A stretch of DNA of 40,999 bases from Chiloscyllium plagiosum (lineage: Eukaryota). Every line of letters begins with the position of its first letter. Within the stretch, counting starts at the first letter, position 1. The notes beneath the pieces are model-generated. The model did no database searches and was not told the origin of the DNA. It saw only the letters and a program-made list of their open reading frames with translations. The stretch covers positions 6,463,629 through 6,504,627 of the forward strand of contig NC_057753.1 in assembly GCF_004010195.1 (NCBI RefSeq). The letters are read 5' to 3'. Position numbers and translations under genes: made by a program. This document shows positions 35,867-40,999 of this stretch, in pieces.

Positions 35867-38491
35867 ATACATTGCTTTGTTTCAGACATTCAGTGATTTA
35901 TGAGCGATCGTAAATGATGTTTATTGCTGTTTCTCCCCAACCACATGGGCCCCATTATATTTATTAAGCGATGTTTGTCTGAAACGTTACAGGAGAACTG
36001 CAGGCATGTTTCCTTTCTTCTTCTTGACTAGAACCTCAATATGTTTACTCATTCATTGTACACAAATCTTACCAGGCTTGCATTTCACTTTCACATGAAC
36101 ATAATTATTCAGAACTGTCGTCGTCGCACTTCTGAAAGACCCTCCTTTGTCAGACGTCCTATTGCGTATAAATAACACACTGTAATCACCTTTTTTAAAT
36201 TTTTTGGTCGCACACCAATTATTCAATTATCTAAGATGTCTTAGCATACTTAGTTCTCAACTTCACTTTGACTACTTGGATGCCTAAAGTACAATCTCAA
36301 CAAGGTGACCATTCCTTTGTTATTTCTAATTTCAGCACATATGTTTCCGCTCGACTATTTTTTTCAGAAATTTAATGTTTAGTTCCAACAGTAATGTTTT
36401 TTCAATGAAAATTTGAGATCAGATCCCACTCCTTTCCACCCCCCCATTCCATCTTTTCAATAGCATTTTGCACCTTGGAACATTGAAGTGCCACACCTGT
36501 CCATTCCTCACGTTTCTGTAATAACCACAACGTCTCAACCCCATCTTTCCCAACATTCGCTGCGTTCATCAGCCTAACATGCAAAACATCTTTCCTTAAA
36601 AAAGAGGGAGTTTCATTCTTCGTACTCTGATAATTCATTGTCGGTTTTTTCGAAGTAACTTGTTATTTTCATAATCAATGTTTTCTTTATTTATGTTCTA
36701 TTTACACTGCTGCCTAATCTTGCTCTACCATCTATCCCTCCCCACTAACATTTTACATTCTCACTTAATGGAACGAGCAAAGAGAGCGAGTGGTTTAAAA
36801 ATTACTGAAATCTGTGAATTACTGATCAAATGTAATACCTTAGCACAAAGGCCATCTTGAATAAAATGGCCTTTTTCAAACCTCACGTTTTTTAGTACTG
36901 CAAGAAGCCACACTATCTTTCCTTCTCAACATCAGAATGCTTTGAAAGTATTGTTCGCATTCAGAAGACGTACACTGGTGACAAACACAAATGTTATTCA
37001 TTCGTCAATCCAAGCTAGTCAGTATAACAAAATAAAAATCAAGTCTTTAGTTCGGGCAATTGTCGTTGTGAATGCATCTGTTGTTGCCATCCTGTTCGTA
37101 GCAAACATCCCCTATTTCTCAAAGAAAGTGATTGTGTAAGCATCATCTACAATGTCTTTTTAACAAACTTAGTTCTAAGAATGACAACAATTTCATGTTG
37201 AAACAGTTGTTTTCCTACATCGGTTCATAACGTTTTTTAAAAAACGAAAAAATAGACATTTACACGTGCAAGGAATGCACCTGAAATTACTTAATGGTGA
37301 GATTAAGAAAACGATTTTTCCAAGCGAGGGAGAAGAAGAAATTTGATCTCAGTGAAACGTGAGGGAAGAATTCAACATAGGGTGCGAGGAAAAATAAGGG
37401 AAGAACAAGAGACATAATGAAGCAAATGAAAGGAAGATTCAAGGAAGCCAGTGCAAAAACTTACTCGCGAGACAAATGAATATGACCTATATAGTTTAAA
37501 ATTAAGAAGGTCGGAGAAGCAGTTCGTTCTGAACATGCTATTGATTGAAAGAGCGATTCATACATACATAGGAAAAGACACTACAATTGCTGAAAAAACA
37601 GATGCATGTTATTATGTATTGAACTCAAAACAAAAATATGCAGGAAACGTTTAAGTGATACTGAACTTCGTGAAAGTAGACGTGGAGCAATTTAAAAGCC
37701 ATGAACCTTGCTCACGAAGGAAATATACAACAATTAGAGACAATTTAATCATCTCATAACTAGAATATGTGGCAGTAAATGTTGGGCATCATTAGTCTGG
37801 TACATGTCAAAGATTATATTGTGTGACTTAATATATACATATTAAGACGAACCCTTGGTCAGAAATGGCTTGTTTTTCAGGACCGGTCGGAATGTCAACA
37901 ACTCAGGTCAGTCATGATCGAATTGAGTAACGCAGGAGGCACAACGGGGCATATGGGTATGTTCCTTCTTCCGATCCATATTTTTGGATATGCACAGGCA
38001 TGTCAATAAAAATGCAATGCAGCATAATTGGAAATATGTGGATTACATGTGATATGAAAAATTAAAGGTTAAACACGTTCGGATAACTAGTATTTGAAGC
38101 ACTTTACGCATTTCAGTAATGTTTTTAGGCCTATAATTTTGAAGAGTTGTGGAATGTTGTAGGGGTGAATTTTCTTTACAGAGTTAGGGAAAACATCGAT
38201 CTGGAAGTAATTACAGAGATTGGAATGACCTCGGACCTGCAGGAAATTGCTATCTACTTTGAGGGTTACACAGACCTCTTGCAGTGAGAGACGCATGGAG
38301 AACTTTACAATATAAATGAAACATTTAACTGGCAGAATATAAAGAGGGAGGGATATTTTTAATTTCAAGAGAAGATACAGAATAACTAAATAGCGAGATG
38401 GCAAAAGGAAATCCCAGATATCATTTGTATTACTGGAACAGATCATGTTGGAGTGGGGTGGAGGTTATTGGGCCAGGGGAAATGCACAGTA

Positions 38492-38991
38492 NNNNNNNNN
38501 NNNNNNNNNNNNNNNNNNNNNNNNNNNNNNNNNNNNNNNNNNNNNNNNNNNNNNNNNNNNNNNNNNNNNNNNNNNNNNNNNNNNNNNNNNNNNNNNNNNN
38601 NNNNNNNNNNNNNNNNNNNNNNNNNNNNNNNNNNNNNNNNNNNNNNNNNNNNNNNNNNNNNNNNNNNNNNNNNNNNNNNNNNNNNNNNNNNNNNNNNNNN
38701 NNNNNNNNNNNNNNNNNNNNNNNNNNNNNNNNNNNNNNNNNNNNNNNNNNNNNNNNNNNNNNNNNNNNNNNNNNNNNNNNNNNNNNNNNNNNNNNNNNNN
38801 NNNNNNNNNNNNNNNNNNNNNNNNNNNNNNNNNNNNNNNNNNNNNNNNNNNNNNNNNNNNNNNNNNNNNNNNNNNNNNNNNNNNNNNNNNNNNNNNNNNN
38901 NNNNNNNNNNNNNNNNNNNNNNNNNNNNNNNNNNNNNNNNNNNNNNNNNNNNNNNNNNNNNNNNNNNNNNNNNNNNNNNNNNNNNNNNNNN
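38492..38991. other. Assembly gap (exactly 500 N, probably a fixed-size scaffolding gap)
   Basis: Run of 500 N. The orientation of the paralogous sequence flips across it. Confidence 0.95.
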
Positions 38992-39929
38992 TGCAGATAT
39001 TCCTGAATGAAGAACACCAATTGCTACTCTCCAGTCTTCTGGGACTTCATCCGTGAATAACAATGATGCAAACATGTCAGCCAGGGCCCCCGCAATTTAT
39101 TCTCTAGCCTTTTGCGCAGCGTTCGTGGATATCACTGTTCTGAACGTGGAGATTTATTCAGCTTCATACATTCTAATAAATCCAAGACCTCTTCTACTGT
39201 GCTAACAACTGTCCCCAATAAATTATCACTATTGGTTCTACATTCCCAAATCTTCATGTCTTTCTCCACGGTAAACATAGAGAAGAAATATTCATTCAGG
39301 ACCTCAGCCAGCTGCTGCAGTTCGACACTTAGATGCTCACTTTGGTTTGAGATGTTCTATTCTTTCTCTAGTCATTTATTCTGATATACTTGAAGAATCT
39401 CTACATTAACCGAATTTTCTCAACAAAAAGTGTCACGTGTCCCATTTTCACTCTGCTGATTCCTTTCTTCGGTGAACTGCTGTATCCTCAATGTATCCAC
39501 ACGATTTACAAAAGAACAAACTGAATTAAGAAGGTTGTGGGGAAAAGTGTGTAATTTGCATCTGAAACTTTAGCCTTTGTATGGAAATGACATTCTTTGG
39601 TGATGACAGTTTTTCAGTGAAAATGAGCAAATTCAACTCATATGTTTGATTTTCTGTGCGATGATTCAGTGTTTGTCGTTGAATCCCCTCGTAACATGAT
39701 CATACGAAGTATGCAAATCGCTCTAATATCAATCTGTGCCTGCAACATATCTATCGGGGTTTTGTACAAGTGGATCTAGCTCCTGGGTCACTTACTATTA
39801 CAAATCACACTTGAACCTGACATTTGTGATATAACCTTGTTTTTTTTTTCAGGAAACTGTGTAACAGACTGATAGGACATTTTAAAGAGCATAATGTTAG
39901 TGACAGGAGTTATGCTTATATGGGCCACC

Positions 39930-40001
39930 ACATGTGTTGTTACCAAAAATGTGCAGCTAAAATCTACATGTGTTGTTACCAAAAATGTGCAGCTAAAATC
40001 T
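39930..40001 (+). repeat. 36-bp tandem duplication
   Basis: acatgtgttgttaccaaaaatgtgcagctaaaatct occurs at 39930 and 39966. Confidence 0.95.
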
Positions 40002-40521
40002 GTACTGATCATTTCAACATTTGAATAAATTCTGCATTTTAAAGAGAAAAGGGAGAAACTGCTCATGCCAGCAAGGATGGTTTAGGATACGGCAGAGCAA
40101 GTGGATGACTTGCTTTTCTCATTATTAATAATGCTCCTTTGGTAAATATAAAATGCCAAAAGAAAGGCGTAGTAAGCTGAAACATTTCCAGTACCAGAAC
40201 GAGAAACTGCTAAAATCCAAAAACAAACAGCCAATCAAATACAGGAATTCGACTAACAAAACAAAAATACTTGTTCAATATGGGGCAAAAGAAACTTCTA
40301 CAACAATAGTACATGTCAGATAATGTTAAACCAGCGGCAAGGGTCAATGAAAAGCATTCTATTATGCATGGGATTCGGCATCTAGAAGCGTTAAACTGAT
40401 TTAGCTCGTTGTACACATTAACGTGAGACATGTGAAGTATCCATTATTAATCATTTACTTGTGTGTTGTTGAACATTATGTAAGTGCGTACTTTTGATTG
40501 GCATGCATACTTGAGAGAACA

Positions 40522-40885
40522 TGAAAGCGTAAAATGGATATGCTGATTCATTAAGCTTAAAGAGAAATTTCTGGTGAACACACAAGGCTTGGAACCATCT
40601 GTGAAGAAATGAAAAAAAGCACAGGGAACATTTCCACTTCAATGCACTATTAATAACGACTCAATGCCAGCCTCAAACCGATATAAACACTGCCCAAAAT
40701 GTTGAAAGTGTAAAATGGATATGCTGATTCATTAAGCTTAAAGAGAAATTTCTGGTGAACACACAAGGCTTGGAACCATCTGTGAAGAAATGAAAAAAAG
40801 CACAGGGAACATTTCCAGTTCAATGCACTATTAATAACGACTCAATGCCAGCCTCAAACCGATATAAACACTGCCCAAAATGTTG
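40522..40885 (+). repeat. 181-bp tandem duplication (2 mismatches)
   Basis: tgaaag(c/t)gtaaaatggatatg...ctgcccaaaatgttg starts at 40522 and again at 40703. Units 1 and 2 have a single copy. Confidence 0.95.
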
Positions 40886-40999
40886 TGCAGTCAATTGTGG
40901 GAAGTCAGTGAGTTGAAAGAGTAGACATTCCTGAAACAGCGTGCATGATACATCAGCACCAGTAATCTGTAAGGCAAGCTACAATGTCAACTTCTTGAT

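Larger units (their letters stand above)
18718..38491 (+). repeat. Segmental duplication unit 2 (paralogous to 225-17440)
   Basis: Collinear with unit 1. It ends at the gap about 110 bp short of where the next GPCR stop codon is expected. Confidence 0.95.
38992..40999 (-). repeat. Inverted partial third copy of the duplication unit (reverse complement of ~1739-3522); includes a CR1 fragment at 38992-39420
   Basis: 38992 tgcagatattcctgaatgaa matches the reverse complement of 3503-3522. The window end gtaaggcaagctacaatgtcaacttcttgat is the reverse complement of 1739-1769. Confidence 0.95.

Noticed and set aside
1..40999. Prokaryotic-type systems (CRISPR array, operons, defence islands), rRNA or tRNA genes
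   Set aside because: No repeat-spacer array, dense coding or recognisable structural RNA gene; the content is vertebrate-like repeats and a spliced gene.

Overview
Eukaryotic, AT-rich, repeat-dense DNA. The repeat types and the GPCR type suggest a cartilaginous fish (shark); this is an inference. Most of the window is two diverged direct copies of a ~18.5-21 kb unit (unit 1 ~225-17440, unit 2 ~18718-38491). After a 500-N gap there is an inverted partial third copy (38992-40999). The repeat period carries a minus-strand, two-exon class A GPCR gene resembling the GPR139/GPR142-like family expanded in elasmobranchs. The only complete copy (17552-20099) is a pseudogene with two nonsense codons and a frameshift in the DRY-equivalent motif. 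The neighbouring copy shows only an intact-looking exon 1 (1402-1468). The rest is decayed CR1-type LINE fragments, two families of Penelope-like elements (GIY-YIG endonuclease, with minimal hammerhead-ribozyme motifs in their terminal repeats), a probable solo LTR and short tandem duplications. The most unusual features are two 150-225 bp palindromic, non-coding insertions derived from Penelope terminal repeats. Each has a 15-16 bp target-site duplication and is present in unit 1 but absent at the matching site in unit 2; one carries back-to-back hammerhead motifs. No intact full-length host gene is visible. Most ORFs in the track are repeat debris or N-gap artefacts.
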